Source: Plasmodiophora brassicae (taxonomy: Eukaryota). From it: a stretch of DNA of 64,000 nt. The translations under genes and the position numbers were made by a program. A model generated the notes under the pieces. It saw only the letters and a list, made by a program, of their open reading frames with translations, was not told where the DNA came from and ran no database searches. Positions 1-12,789 of the stretch are shown here, one piece after another. Positions within the stretch are counted from its first letter, which is position 1. Each line of letters begins with the position of its first letter. The stretch covers positions 434,001 through 498,000 of the forward strand of contig CP145417.1 in assembly GCA_036867785.1 (NCBI GenBank). The letters are read 5' to 3'.

Positions 1-2097
1 CTACCTGCGGTTCGCGTTGATGGTGTTCCCGTCGTTCGCGCTGATGGACGGCCTGCTCGTGCTCCAGATCCAGGTGGGGCGCGCGCGTATCTCTCGTCCA
101 CCGCCCCCATGCGCTGACAACAACGCCCAGTTGTACACCGTCTGCATCGCCGATGCATCGGACAGCTGTTCGGGTCGCCTGCCGTCACCATACGGCACCG
201 TCTGGCAGAACATCGTCTACCTCGGTATGGACCAGGTCTGTGCCGGCGTCGTCGTCCTCCCTGAACGCGCCCTTGCAGTTGTCGTCACCGTCCTCAGCTT
301 CGTCGTCTTGATACGCAGCGAGAAGCGTCGGCTGTTCGCCGACGAAGAGCAGACGCCCGGGTCCTGGCGCATGCGCCTGTACAGGTTCGTCTGTTCGGCG
401 GACGCGCCCGCCGAGGACGCCGGCAGGAGCGTCGCCCCTGTCGAGGACCAGGACGTCGCCAAGGAGCGGGAGCGGATGGAGTACGCGCTGAGACAGCCGA
501 CCGACCCGCTGGAGATCCTGGGCCTCTGCAAGATCTACGAGAGCAGGACGACGGGTGCGAGTCGGGTCGCCCTGCACCCGTTGTGGCTGGGCGTGCCCGC
601 CGGGCAATGCTTCGGGTACCTGGGCGTGAACGGCGCCGGGAAATCGACGACGCTGAAGTGCCTGACCGGGTTCCTGCCGCCGACGTCCGGCACCGCTCGT
701 ATCGCCGGGCGCGACATCGTCGCCGACATCTACGGCGCCAGGAAACGTGCCGCGTACTGCCCACAGTTCGACGCCCTGTTCGACGTCCTCACCGTCGAAC
801 AGCACCTCACGTACGTACGACGACAACGCATGGGCGCGTGAGACGTGCTGACCCGCGCGCGCGCGCCCCCAGGATGTACTGTCGGATTCGAGGCGTGCCG
901 ACGAAGGTGGTCGACACGATCATCAGGCAGATGCAGCTGGACCTGTTCCGGAACGTGCCCTCACAGTACCTGTCGGGTGGGAACAAACGCAAACTGTCGG
1001 CCGCCATGGCGCTGGTCGGCACGCCCCGCGTCGTCTTCCTCGGTAGGCGTCGTTCGTCGTCGTCCCCGGTATCCGGGAGCGAACGGATCTGAGGCGCCGC
1101 CCGCAGACGAACCTTCGACGGGGATGGACCCGCACACGAAACGGTTCCTGTGGCGCGTCATCTCAGGGGTCGTGCAGGCATCGCGAACGTGCGTTGTGCT
1201 GACAACGGTCCTGGGTGCCCGGATGGAAACTGGATGGGACGCTCTGAACGACTGACGTGGGGGCCCCTGTAGCATTCGATGGAGGAGTGCGAGGCGTTGT
1301 GCTCGCGCGTCGCTATCCTGATCGACGGGTCGTTGCGCTGCATTGGGCCGATTCAGCACCTGAAGTCAAGGTGACGTCGTCGAGCGCAGTCGGCCCACAG
1401 GGCGTTCAGCAATGCTGACGAGCGGATGTCGTCAGGTTCGGCAGCGGGTACACGATCGAGGTGCGCACGAAGCCGGTGACGGTGGAGATGGTCAATGAGG
1501 CCAGAGCGAAGATCGGCGCGTTCGCCGTCGTGAACCGGGAGACGCTCGCACAGGTCTGCGAAGGCTTGGCCGATCCTGCGCTGACAAAACTGGCATCGTC
1601 AAGGTCGCAGCAGACGCTCCTTGGCCTGGACTTGGGCGACGTTCCTATTCAGGTGACCCGTCGTTGCTGAACGTCATCGGGGACGGGATCGCTAACAGCG
1701 GCCTGGCCAGGTGTTCATCAAGTGGTGGCTCCAGGAGAAGCTCTGCATGTCGGTGATGAACCAGGTGCTGAAGGGCCTGAAGGACTGCACGTTGAAGAGC
1801 CGCCATGGGCATCACCTGGTGTTCCAGGTAGGGGACCGACAGGGCTCTGTTCGCGTGGCGGTCGCGCTGAATGACGAGTTGCCGTCGGCAGGTGCCGATG
1901 CAATCGACGTTGCTGTCCGACATGTTCACGTTCATGGAGAGCATCACGTCGTGCTTCGAGCACTACTCGATCTCGCAGACGACCTTGGAGGAGATCTTCA
2001 ACATGTTCGCCAACGAACAGGTATGCGGCGACCGCCGATCCAAGCGCAGCTAGAGCCCTTGCTTCACGTTGTCCTCATCGTCGTAGTCGATCTCTAA
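1..2097 (+). CDS. ABC transporter subfamily A, C-terminal part (5'-truncated, multi-exon)
   Basis: Walker [18 protein letters not shown], signature [34 protein letters not shown] and [12 protein letters not shown], spread across short GT-AG introns (e.g. 74-130). Exact stop is approximate. Confidence 0.93.
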
Positions 2098-2149
2098 ACA
2101 TCCACTACTGCATTCGGTCGACACGTGTGACATCCGGCCGTCTGTTAAT

Positions 2150-3867
2150 AGATCATGTGTGACGCTTCAGGACCCGTCGGTTTCGCCCGGTGCAGGGCCA
2201 TACGCATCGACCCAGCCGTGCGTCTCGAAGCGTTGCAGGCAGCGGTTCTCGTAGACCTTATCACTCGCCTTACCCAGGCCCGCGAACGCCATGTACTCCT
2301 ATAGAGACACATTATCATAAGCAGGCCAGCATCGGTACGCGGCTGCCGATGTCACCTGTAGCGGGCGAACGTTGCCCATGCCGAGGCCGTCCTCAATCCC
2401 TCTCAAGTCGACGTCCATATCGTCAGCCAGCGCAAGGCCCAGAATGTACCGGGCGCGAGCCTCGGCTCCGCTGGCGTCGACCCCCATTCTATCGGATCAG
2501 CTCGACTGAGACCGTCGCCCATCCGACCAACAAGCGTCGACTCCGACCCGTTCTGCGCGTGGTCGTCGTAGATGTTCTTGTCGCGACCGCCGTACACGTG
2601 GCTAAGCACGTTCTGGGCAGGCGCGTACATATCGTACCCGGACGTGTACAATCGTGCTGCGATGAGCACCTGCACTGCACAGTCAGACGTTCGGTTCGCA
2701 ACCGCTCCAACGCGCGCCGACACACTCACACACCTCCTCACCATGGAACAGGTACGGGAGGAACGGGTCGAACGGCACGTCCCGCAGGAACGAACTGTGC
2801 AGGAAGAACAGCCCGCCGCCGATGAACGCGGACGAGCAGGTCCCCCTCGGGCGGGTTCGCAGGTGCGGCGACCAGTTCGGCTCCTGGCAGTAATCCTGCA
2901 CAGACGACGTCAGTTGCGGCACCAAGACATGGACCCCTGGTGCGATCTACCTGAGCCAGGACGAACAGGCCAGGTGGGGACTGCTCGTGGTCCTCTGCTT
3001 TACAGATCCAGGTGACGGGCGCGTCCTTGTGGAGTTCCCCAGCGTCTCCAGGTGGATACTACACCGCACCGTTATCGATGGTGTACGCGCATGCACAGCA
3101 ACCCGGTTGATTACGTGGCTGATGACCGCCTTGGACGGGTTCGGCAGCTGGCGAATGTTGTCGATGAGGATGCGGTCCCACCCGTCGCGGAACGTGCTGT
3201 GAGCGTCGATCATCAGGAAGAAGCGCTCGCCGTCCCACAACTTGGACGCGATGTGCCGGGCGTGCGTCGGCCCGCGCGCGTTCACGTGCCGCATGCGCAC
3301 CAGGCGCACCCGCTTCCGGATGTCGTCCGGCAGACGTGCATGACATTGGATGTCGTCCGTGTGCGGGTCGTCGAGGTTCGTCTGGTCGACCAGGCCGACG
3401 AACACGCGATCCGGCCGAGACGCCGCCGTCATCATCGTCTGGATCGTGCCCGGGCACGCGTCGTCCCGATAGGTGGCGATCGACACGAAGATCGTGTCGT
3501 CGTCATCAATGTCGACCGAGTTGAGCCGGGTGCGGTACTCGGCAACGGTCTCGTTCAGGAACGGGGCGTTCTGCTCGTCGTAGATGAACCGGTCCGACGT
3601 GAGGACCTGGGGTTGTCGTGGCGACGTCCCCGAATTCGTCACCGCGAGCATGACGAGAACCACGGTCGACCAGGCAATGGTCAGCGCCGCTCCCGCACCA
3701 CGACAACGTCGCCTGCGACGACGTTCGCTGTCGGCACGAGACGCCCAGGCCGGCGTCGGCAACGAGGAGCGACGCCGATGCAGCATCTTGGAGGATATCC
3801 GAGCGATCGGATCGCGCGTACCAACCGTTGCACCACCAGGCGTTTGTTCTGGAAGACGGAACGCCAT
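2150..3867 (-). CDS. GT60-family N-acetylglucosaminyltransferase (Skp1-hydroxyproline GlcNAc-transferase-like), type II membrane protein, multi-exon
   Basis: TIFVSIATYRD, ARGPTHARH, FLMIDAHSTF, VPFDPFLPYLFHGEE and ARLYTSGYDMYAP motifs; N-terminal TM segment (ALTIAWSTVVLVMLAV). Ends approximate. Confidence 0.88.
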
Positions 3868-5078
3868 CGACAGGGGGCAACAGTCACACCGTCTCTGCAA
3901 CAGCACTGGGACGACGACGGCGTCCCGGGACAGGGGCGATAGGCACCTCCATCTTGGCGGATGCACGTGCCAGGATCCATGCTGGGCGTCGACGACTTGG
4001 GTGGGCCTGGGGTCATCCGTTCCTGGAGCAGTTTGGAGATTTAGAGAGAACCCTCGTGCTGACGTTGCGGCTTCCAGAATGACGTTTGTAATCGTTGCGC
4101 GATTTGGGAGGTTTGCAGAGGAATGGGAAAGTGTGCACCAGACACGAGAACCAAGACGGACGTCACCGACCTGGCTGGCTCGTTCGGGGTTCGACCATCA
4201 CATTCAGGATGCCGATGCGACAATCACCTGTGTTGATTTCGAGTCGGTAGAGGAGTTGTTTCCGAAGTTTGGAGAAAGGCTGGGGGTTTCGTTCGGAAAA
4301 GAATGTCGTTTGGGAGACCCTGCAAGCCGCGCAAGACCTGGGTCGAAACCCAAGCGGAAAGCTCGACAGCCGAAATCGTCTACCTAAATAGTTCCATCGG
4401 ATGAAAAGCGACATCTTCTGTAAAGAACAAGCTATAATGATGGATCGATACCCGATCGGGCAAAGGAGATTAACAGTAAGGTCCATGGAAAGTGACCGTC
4501 AGAGCGTTGTCTGCAGAGGTACGGGCGTCAGAAACCCAAAGAGCCTTGGTCAAGAGGCATTGATCCGGCAGTACGTATCCGATAACGGCACGTAACAAGG
4601 AAGGTCATCTCGGATACCAGACCTACCGTCGGTTCAACTGACCAAAGGTAGCCGGCAGTGATATTGTGGTGCAGCGTTCACAAGATGCCCAGTTTGCGGC
4701 CGCCACCCGCACACAACACGTCGACAACTTCGCGGACTTGCTTGAAATAGAAGACGGCATGGTTGAGGACGGGTTTCGAACGACATACACTGTCCCAAAT
4801 GAAGCTCACCGGCACTTCTCGGTTCACTAAGTGGGAATACAATTGGACGAAAATATCCCCTCACCTTCAACCGTGTTCGGATCCGTCACGGGCCATGCGG
4901 TGCGTCCCAGTACACGCGCGGCAGAGACTGGCACGTTATGACAGGACAAGTTTACCCAACCACACGGGTTGACCCATTGAGGTCGACCAGATAGTTTCAT
5001 GGAATACGCCGCGATGGAGCCCTTGTCTGAATCACGGGTTAGGTACGGGCGCCACCTGCGCGAATCGATGCTTCAGCC

Positions 5079-5086
5079 TATAAATA
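5079..5086 (+). promoter_or_regulatory. TATA box of effector-like paralogue 1
   Basis: TATAAATA about 120 nt upstream of ATG 5205; same motif at the equivalent position in paralogue 2. Confidence 0.6.
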
Positions 5087-5204
5087 GGTACCTCCGGGTG
5101 CTGGGACTTGCGGAGTTTACGGGCGACGTCTCTAGCCGCGGCGGCCGACCACAGTGACTCGTCGGCTGCCCGCTGGAGCCACCTTCGAAACCTCGTTGCC
5201 GGCA

Positions 5205-7109
5205 ATGCCTTCCCTCCATGTATTACTGTTCGCATGCGCGACGAGTTATGCGCTGGCCGTTGATCTTCGTGTCATGCCGACGGATCGAGAGATGCCGCCA
5301 AGGATGACGCCGGAAGAGGCCGACCGTGCCATCGCCGCGCTATCCGCTCTTGGGTTGTCGTCGAGGTTGGCGTGTCCATTGGCGGAGCAGCTGTCGAACA
5401 AGATGGTGACACTGGCGGATGGATATACCTATGATCTGAATCACGTTCTCGCGTCCTGCCGCAATGCGGACACTCTGAAGTCGCCCCATTACCAACACCT
5501 GACGATCCCCACAATCCTCGCGGTTGCATTCGTGAACCTGGATTTGATGGACATCGTCAAGAATGCTGAGATGATCGAACAGAGCGTTTCAGGTGGTGAG
5601 ATCCCAGTGACGGTTCGTCGATGGATCGGATCTCCACTGCCGCAGCCCATATGGATCTGTGCGGATGGACGGTCGCGTTTGATGACATCCTTCAAGCGTC
5701 CGTTCACGATTGAACAATTGGGGATGTTTCTGGCTCTCGACAATGGGGAATTCTGCTTCCGGAACATCCGACTCGAACAAGTCGTCGACGAGATCTGTCG
5801 ACGTGTGGATTGTGGGAGGGGTTGGGCTCAGCGTATACGCGGGACCTCGGTGAGGATGGATACCGCCCATGTGGAGCCTGACGCTCAGTCGCTTTCTATT
5901 TCAAATCTGCTTTCGCCAAGTACGGCAGCGTCTAGCAGCCGTCCTTCTGTCGCGAATCCGCACCGGCAGTCTATTGACACATCCAGCACCGGGACGTCTA
6001 CCGCGGTTCATTCCCCGTTAAATATCGCGGCTCATTCCCCTACAAGTACCGCGAGATCGAGCAACGGAAGGTCTCCGGTCTCGAATCATCAACAGTCGAA
6101 TGCTCTGGTGTCTCCTTTCAGGATTGATGACATTGTCTCCGCTGCTTGGGCCAACATCGCCGATGCCATCCCGTGGCCAAGTGAATCTGAAATGCAGCCT
6201 GCCCCATCGTTGCCTTCTGAAATATCGTCCGCTTGGGCCGCAACGATAGCATATACTCGTGCTCTTCATAAGCAATCGTTTTGGGATCGGGACCAGCTCT
6301 GTTCGTCGTCAAATTCCAACTTTTATGCTGCCCTGTTCTGGGCGGATCATTACTGCAAAAGTACCCCCTTCAAACCGGCCGACATGGAGCTGCCGCCCAA
6401 ACCTACGAATTCGGGCGACATGAGAGGCTGGCAGGCCGGCTGTCTTCGTTTCTTCCAAGCAGCGGAAGACATCGTCGTCAACTCGATTATAGAGAAGCAA
6501 CGCAAGCCTAATGCCGTCGCCCCGGGCCATTATAGTCGACCTGTGTGCCGTCATGCTCGAGCTCTACAAAGGATGGTGACACGGATGGGTCTGGTCCCGT
6601 CTAAGAAGCGTAAGAGCACTACGTGGTCGGACGACACCGCTGATACCATTCCATGGCCCGGTGCGTCGAAAATCAAGCCTCCCCCTTCACTGCCCTACTC
6701 AATTTCGTCCGCTTGGGCTGCAACGATCGCGTATACGCGCTCCCTAGACGACCGCAAAGAATGGCAGTGGGAAGGTCTCACAGAGACCGACGCGAACGCC
6801 ATCTACGATGCGCTGTTCTGGGTCCGTCAGTACACTACTGAGTGGGAACCGCCCGGAATGTCGTTGCCGCCGAAGCCTGCCAGCAGCGGCGGTTTCAGAG
6901 AGTGGCAGGCCAGCTGTTATCGCTTCTTCAAGGCCGCCGAAGATCGCGTTGTCGAGTCCATTTCAGAAAAACAAAAGGACGTCGCTGACGACGCCAAAGG
7001 CTCTGCGAGAATCATCCGTTTCTCAGATCCTTTGCGACGTCGCCTCAGGAACAGCGGTCTGCCCATTAACGCTGAACGCAAGCGGCGCAAGCTCATGAAG
7101 AGATCGTGA
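5205..7109 (+). CDS. Candidate secreted effector, paralogue 1: signal peptide + tandem degenerate U-box-like domains + two Trp-rich repeat domains + NLS-like patches
   Basis: Intronless ORF; MPSLHVLLFACATSYALA signal-like start; ACPL..LSNKMVTLADGYTYD resembles the U-box core; repeat core IPWP..AWAATIAYTR..ALFW..PPKP..WQA.C.RFF.AAED occurs twice; KKRK and RKRRK. Confidence 0.8.
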   Translation: MPSLHVLLFACATSYALAVDLRVMPTDREMPPRMTPEEADRAIAALSALGLSSRLACPLAEQLSNKMVTLADGYTYDLNHVLASCRNADTLKSPHYQHLTIPTILAVAFVNLDLMDIVKNAEMIEQSVSGGEIPVTVRRWIGSPLPQPIWICADGRSRLMTSFKRPFTIEQLGMFLALDNGEFCFRNIRLEQVVDEICRRVDCGRGWAQRIRGTSVRMDTAHVEPDAQSLSISNLLSPSTAASSSRPSVANPHRQSIDTSSTGTSTAVHSPLNIAAHSPTSTARSSNGRSPVSNHQQSNALVSPFRIDDIVSAAWANIADAIPWPSESEMQPAPSLPSEISSAWAATIAYTRALHKQSFWDRDQLCSSSNSNFYAALFWADHYCKSTPFKPADMELPPKPTNSGDMRGWQAGCLRFFQAAEDIVVNSIIEKQRKPNAVAPGHYSRPVCRHARALQRMVTRMGLVPSKKRKSTTWSDDTADTIPWPGASKIKPPPSLPYSISSAWAATIAYTRSLDDRKEWQWEGLTETDANAIYDALFWVRQYTTEWEPPGMSLPPKPASSGGFREWQASCYRFFKAAEDRVVESISEKQKDVADDAKGSARIIRFSDPLRRRLRNSGLPINAERKRRKLMKRS

Positions 7110-7261
7110 ACCCTGGGTACAACCCTGTCAAGGTGCGGGCGCAATGGATTGAGTCTGCAGAATGTTGCTTTCTGAATTCCTGGTCCGTAGATAAACACAT
7201 GTTGACCATGACGTCGTGTGGATCAATTCTTGGTGTCGAGCGTCACCGGCCGCGCGGCCTG

Positions 7262-7460
7262 GTTCATTAACCATGAGCGCAAGCGCCTTACACGATCGGG
7301 TTTGTTTGTGCGCGCAGGCAAGAGGTCCTGAACCGTCAATGTAGACCTGTCAATAGCAGGCGCAAGTGGCACGAATCTACAGGATGTTGTTTTCTGATTT
7401 CCCGGTCCTATGATAAACTCACCGGACCCTATGTTGACAGCGTCATATGTCGATTGATTC
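7262..7460 (+). repeat. Local duplicate of the 3' end and 3' flank of the effector-like gene
   Basis: CATTAACCATGAGCGCAAGCG...CCGGTCCTATGATAAAC mirrors 7064-7200. Confidence 0.75.
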
Positions 7461-8379
7461 GTAACGTACCGTTATGATCGGTATCGCCACTAGTGTCGAA
7501 GCGCCACCCCGGTTCGCGTTCACCACAGGCTCGTTCAGGAACGGGGCGTTGTCTGACGTTTTTCACAGGCTAACGTCTGAATTTGCGGTTGGCAACAGGG
7601 ACGCCCTTGTATATGTACCGGAACCATGACAGCGTTTGAAAACCGCTGACGAAGCGACCGGAAGCTAAATGGGGGTTTCAATACTGCCGGCAACGACGTT
7701 CGACGTCGGTAATGGGACGCCCAGGCCAATCTGGCAAAGGGCGACGACGACACTGCATGCATGGAGGAGTTATCCGACACGAACGGCGGTCGCGCACGGG
7801 ATGTTGAGATCCCAGCGCGAACCGACGCGATCGCCATACACAGAGGACAGGGCGTTGAAGACGACGACCGGAAAGCGGTACCCTGTTCCATGAACAAGTT
7901 CCCTGGATTGACTTGCCCGAGGAATCCCCTCTGAGCAAGGCGACCTCCAGCAAGACGTTCGTAGCTGCTGATGATTTCGAGAGCGACCAGGGAAGCCAGC
8001 GTCCGCAGGTCGTCAACGAGGAACGACACGACCCGTCGAAGGACCGGCGACGGCGCCTGGTCCCATCGCCCATCGGGGTAGCTGTGACCACGAACCTGTC
8101 GCAATGCAGTAACAGGCTCCACGATCGTCGGTTATCGCGCTGGACGCGTACACGACAGTACCGGAGGCGAATGCCCCGACGTTGTGAGAGGATACCACGC
8201 CTGGCGGCGGGCACTCCACGAGCGTCGCCGTCCGCCACGACCACGTCCGCCCCGACGCCAACGGCCAGCGGGGAGTCGACGGCGCACGCCACCAGGCTCG
8301 ACATCTGTCCCGCCAGCATCATCTTCATCATCGTCGTCGTCGCCCCGACAACTTTCGTTTCGGCGTCGACGCCGTTACC

Positions 8380-9084
8380 GCAAACGGCCGCCCGCCCCGA
8401 TACGCACCCGACGAACGTACGATCGACGTGCCCCAGATCGACAGAGATCACTCGCACAATGACGCTCGCCGACGGCTGTATGATAGGTATTCAACTGCAT
8501 TACCGGGTTATGTAAGTGGTTGATCACGGCCGCCCGTCGCTTGCCCTGGACGAGCGCCTTCCCCGACAGACGTCCTCGACGACGGATCGGCGTCCTGCCA
8601 CCGGGACGGGTCAGCGGCGGTCAGGCGGGACGATGTGACGCGGGGGATCCTACCTCGGCTGGGGTGTGTCCTCGCTGCCTGTGTCGTCGACGATGGCGCC
8701 GGAGATCGCCGCCAGAACGAGGGCCAGGATCAGGACCGCCAGCGGGCATGGTGGCGAACGCGACGCCTTGGTCACCGATTTGGCCGATGTCCAGGTTGGC
8801 GTAGGCGATGGGCTGACAACCGTGGCAATCGGCCAGCTGAGCGACGTTGCGCTGGTCGAGGCGCGGGTTGTTTCCGGTTCGGCGCGTGACGTGCTGACCG
8901 ACTGGGCGAACGCCGTCGAGACACCTGGGACGAGCAAGGAGCTGGTCGTCGCCGCGCCGGTTGAGTGCTGGAGCAGGACGATGGCGGGTGGCCAGCAACT
9001 GGCCGGCCGGCTTGCCGGGTTGCCGCCAATGAGCACCGCGACGGCGACGACGATGACGGTGCTGAGTGACGACGGCGACGACAT
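8380..9084 (-). CDS. Ser/Thr-rich (mucin-like) membrane protein, copy 1 (may be decaying)
   Basis: Hydrophobic N-terminus MSSPSSLSTVIVVAVAVLIGG, S/T-rich middle, TM segment PLAVLILALVLAAISGAIV; GT-AG intron 8595-8653 conserved in copy 2; 3' end uncertain. Confidence 0.5.
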
Positions 9085-10089
9085 CGGGTACGTAAACAAG
9101 GGATATCAGAGTGAAGCGTGTACGTGCGGGAAGAATCCAGCTGGGGGGTTACCAGTTCGGCCGAACGATGGGGACCGTTCCAGGGGGGCTGCCCGGCCCA
9201 GGGTGACGGTGGACAATGAACGGCCGTACGTGCTAGCCCGCCACGTCACCGACAATGGCCATGAAGCGGACAGCGATCCTGGCACAGGTTGGGGCATAGG
9301 GCACCCGCTGCCTGCGGTTGATCACGGCCCCGCCCGGCCGTTGTGCACTGTGCCTATGTGAGGTTGACACGTTTGAGCAAGCCACGTTCCCTTGTCCAAG
9401 GCGGTGGCCCGCGATATGGTAAAGGGCGACACCCGTGCCCAACCAGTGCACATACAACATAACATAACGTGTTTATTGATTCATAGCCCCATTAGGATTG
9501 TCCAAGCGCGTAAGGCCACGTACGGGAGCGTTACCGTGAGGCGCTCTTCCTGTCGTTCTGCTCTTCCTGCAGGCATGTGCAGGTTTCGGCCAGGCGGTCA
9601 GACGTACGAAAGGTTTCTGATTGAGACCCGTTCAAGGACGGCGGGTACAACTGGAGAACAATGTGCTGCACGTTCAATCGACGTCAGCTGCTACGACCCA
9701 ACACACGTCCTGGCTGTAAACGATTGAGGGCACATGGGCCATCGTTGCAGACGATCCCGCAAGCGACCAACGATATGGTTTATCCAAGAGATCAAGGCGG
9801 AACGCGATTGGCGACAGCTCACTGTAATCGGCTACGATTCGATCAGGTCGACGCGTTCAGTCGATTCGATGTCGATGACACCAGGTTCGTCTGCTGTCAC
9901 GACTTGTCCTTAGTTCTGGCCCGCCATGCACAACCTATCAAATGTGGGCACCGGCCTGTTCCGCTTGATGGCCGCCGACGATCACAGTCGGTTGACGATA
10001 TCGACGTAAGTAGATGGGTCCATGCCGGTGAGTTCCACGATGAGCGGCCACCCTGGAGCCAGGCAGCAACGACGATACAGGACAGGATG

Positions 10090-10340
10090 TAGCCGGTCCC
10101 GTTGGTGTTATCGACCGCATTTGGACAGTGAATTGCCTGCAAGATGATCGTCAACCGGATTTCGTTTTGAAGTGCGAGGACGCCCGCTCTCTCGATACCC
10201 CGATCCACAAGGCGTGCAAGGATGGACAGATCGACGAGTGCGTCCGTGAGGGCAGTACACGAGCTTTGGATTGCCACATAGGTCAGCGATTGCATCACGG
10301 CTTGAACCAGCGTTCGATCGGAACATTACCCCATCAGAGC
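10090..10340 (+). pseudogene. Possible decayed ankyrin-repeat gene fragment
   Basis: DTPIHKACKDGQIDECVR and, in another frame, PLVLSTAFGQ*IACKMIV resemble ankyrin TPLH-A-G motifs; broken by stops and frameshifts. Confidence 0.3.
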
Positions 10341-10734
10341 TGTTGAAAGGTGTCGTGCCGGCTCAACAACAGGACGCCGTCCGAACCCAGCGGCCATATT
10401 CATCAAGTTCAAGCGATTCAATGTCGCTAGCTGTACTTGGACGATTCGTTATGGCGTGGAATCGCAGAGCTGGCCCAGTGCCATGCACGTCCTGCCCAGT
10501 GCGCTACAGCTTGATCACAGAGGTCGCTCAGGCATGTCTGAAGTCACATACGGTGGGGATAAAAGCGAATGCACAGAGCGCCCATTCTTTCCGGTGCTGC
10601 CTCTTCACATCGCTCTCGACGACCAAATGGCAACCTCAAAGCTCGCTGCCAATGCCGAATGTCATCAATGAAGACACGTCCTCGTCGTGTCTGACGCAGA
10701 TTACGCGCCTACCATTGACGCAGATGCTCCTGTC

Positions 10735-10742
10735 TATAAATA
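10735..10742 (+). promoter_or_regulatory. TATA box of effector-like paralogue 2
   Basis: CTATAAATAGG identical to the paralogue 1 promoter core. Confidence 0.6.
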
Positions 10743-10848
10743 GGATTTCGCACACGCGCATTTCGGATTTGCGGATGTCATGGCCGCCGACCACATTGAT
10801 TGCCAGGTCGGCTGCCGTTGGAGCTACCTTCGAGATCTCGTACGAGCA

Positions 10849-12789
10849 ATGCCTGCTCTCGTTGTGTTCCTGTTCGCATGCGCGACGAGCTACTCGCTGG
10901 CCGTTGATCTTCACGTCTATCCGGCGGAGGAGGAGATGGCGCCAAGGATGACGCCGGAGACGGACGTCGACCATGCCAGCTCTGTGCTAACCGCTCTGGG
11001 GTTGGCATCATGGTTCGCGTGTCCATTGGCGGGGAGAATGACGAACAAGATGGTGACACTGCCGGATGGCTATACGTATGATCAAGATCACGTCATCGCA
11101 TCCTGTGGCAAGGCGGACGCTCTGAAGTCGCCCCACTACCAATACCTGACGATCCCCGCAAGCCTCGCGTTTGCATTCGTGAACCTGGACTTGATGGAAA
11201 CCGCCATGAATGCCGAATCGATCAAGCAGAGCGTCTCGAACGGTGAGATCCCGGCAGCGGTTCGTCCCTGGATCGGATCCCGACTGCGGGAGCCCATATG
11301 GATCTGTGCGGATGGGCGGTCGCGTTTGATGACATCCTTCAAGCAGGCGTTTACTGTTGAACAATTGGGCATGTTGCTGGCTCTTGAGAACGGGGATTTC
11401 TGCTTCCGGAACATCCATCTCGAACAAGTTGTCGACGAGATATGTCGACGTGTGGATTGTGCAACCGGTGACGTACGACGTATTCGCGAAACCCCGGTGA
11501 GGATGGATACCGGCGCCCATGCGGAGCCTGGCGCACATCACTCGCTTTCTGTTCCAAGTCTACTTTGGCCAAATACGGCAGCGCCCAGCAGCCGTCCTTC
11601 TGTCGCGAGTCTGCACCGGCTGTCTATTGACACATCCAGCAGCGAGACGTCTACTGTGATTAGTCATTTCCCGGCAGGTACTGCGACGTCGAGCAGCGGA
11701 AGTTCTCCGCTCGGGAACCATCAACAGCCGCGCGCTCTGGCGACTCCTGTCGGGGCTGATGACGCCGCCTCTATTGATTGGGCCAGTTTCGCCGATGCTG
11801 TCCCGTGGTCCAGAGCGTCGGAAGTGAAGCCTGCCCCATTGTTGCCATCTGCATTGTCGTCTGCCTGGGCCGCGACGATAGCGCATACTCGTGATCTGGA
11901 TAACAAATCGTTTTGGAGTCGGCCCCACCTCGTCTCATCGGCAAGGGACATCTTCTATGCTGCCCTGTTCTGGGCGCGCCATTACCGCACCACCTTCAAA
12001 CCGGACGACATGGAGCTGCCGCCCAAACCTACGAACCCGGACGACATGAGGGACTGGCAGGCCAGCTGCCATCGTTTCTTCCAGGCAGCGGAAGACATCG
12101 TCGTCAACGCCATTTCAGAGAAGCAAGACAGGCATGTGACCGTGAGCCGTCACGCTCGGCCTCTCCAGATACTGGCGAAACAGCTCGGTATTGTTAAGTA
12201 TGAACGGCACCCGAGCAAGCGCCGGAGATCTACGTATTCGGGCGACGCCATCGTCGACACCATTCCATGGCCCAGTATGTCGGCAATATCGCCTGCCCCA
12301 TCATTGCCCCGCGACATGTCGTCCGCTTGGGCGGCAACGATTGCGCATACGCGCTCCCTAGACGACCGCAATCGTTGGGATTGGACACGTCTCACGGGGG
12401 GCGGCTCGAATCGCATCTACCATGCGCTGTTCTGGGTCCGTCAGTACACCACTAAGTGGGAACCGCCCGGAATGTCGTTGCCGCCGAAGCCTGCCAGCAG
12501 CGACGGTTTCAGCGAGTGGCACGCCAGCTGTTATCGCTACTTCAAAGCCGCGGAAGACCGCGTTGTCGAGGCCATTTGGGAAAAGCAAAGTGACGACGCT
12601 GACGACGCCGTCGAAGGCTCTGCATGCGTCAGCCGTTTGTTATCTCCTTTGCGGTGGCACCTTAAAAACAGCGGGCTGCCCATTAACACTGAACGTAAGG
12701 ACCACAAATACCCCAAGTCACGAACCCGGGGCGTAAATCTGTCAAGTGAAGGTGCAAATGAATTGAGCTTCCAGGATGTTGCTGTGTGA
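10849..12789 (+). CDS. Candidate secreted effector, paralogue 2
   Basis: Collinear with paralogue 1 (MPALVVFLFACATSYSLA; FACPLAGRMTNKMVTLPDGYTYD; two WAATIAHTR repeats; KRRR). An in-frame upstream ATG exists at 10780. Confidence 0.8.
   Translation: MPALVVFLFACATSYSLAVDLHVYPAEEEMAPRMTPETDVDHASSVLTALGLASWFACPLAGRMTNKMVTLPDGYTYDQDHVIASCGKADALKSPHYQYLTIPASLAFAFVNLDLMETAMNAESIKQSVSNGEIPAAVRPWIGSRLREPIWICADGRSRLMTSFKQAFTVEQLGMLLALENGDFCFRNIHLEQVVDEICRRVDCATGDVRRIRETPVRMDTGAHAEPGAHHSLSVPSLLWPNTAAPSSRPSVASLHRLSIDTSSSETSTVISHFPAGTATSSSGSSPLGNHQQPRALATPVGADDAASIDWASFADAVPWSRASEVKPAPLLPSALSSAWAATIAHTRDLDNKSFWSRPHLVSSARDIFYAALFWARHYRTTFKPDDMELPPKPTNPDDMRDWQASCHRFFQAAEDIVVNAISEKQDRHVTVSRHARPLQILAKQLGIVKYERHPSKRRRSTYSGDAIVDTIPWPSMSAISPAPSLPRDMSSAWAATIAHTRSLDDRNRWDWTRLTGGGSNRIYHALFWVRQYTTKWEPPGMSLPPKPASSDGFSEWHASCYRYFKAAEDRVVEAIWEKQSDDADDAVEGSACVSRLLSPLRWHLKNSGLPINTERKDHKYPKSRTRGVNLSSEGANELSFQDVAV

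Noticed and set aside
4080-4390. Protein-like plus-strand stretch upstream of paralogue 1
   Set aside because: No recognisable domain, splice model or paralogous copy
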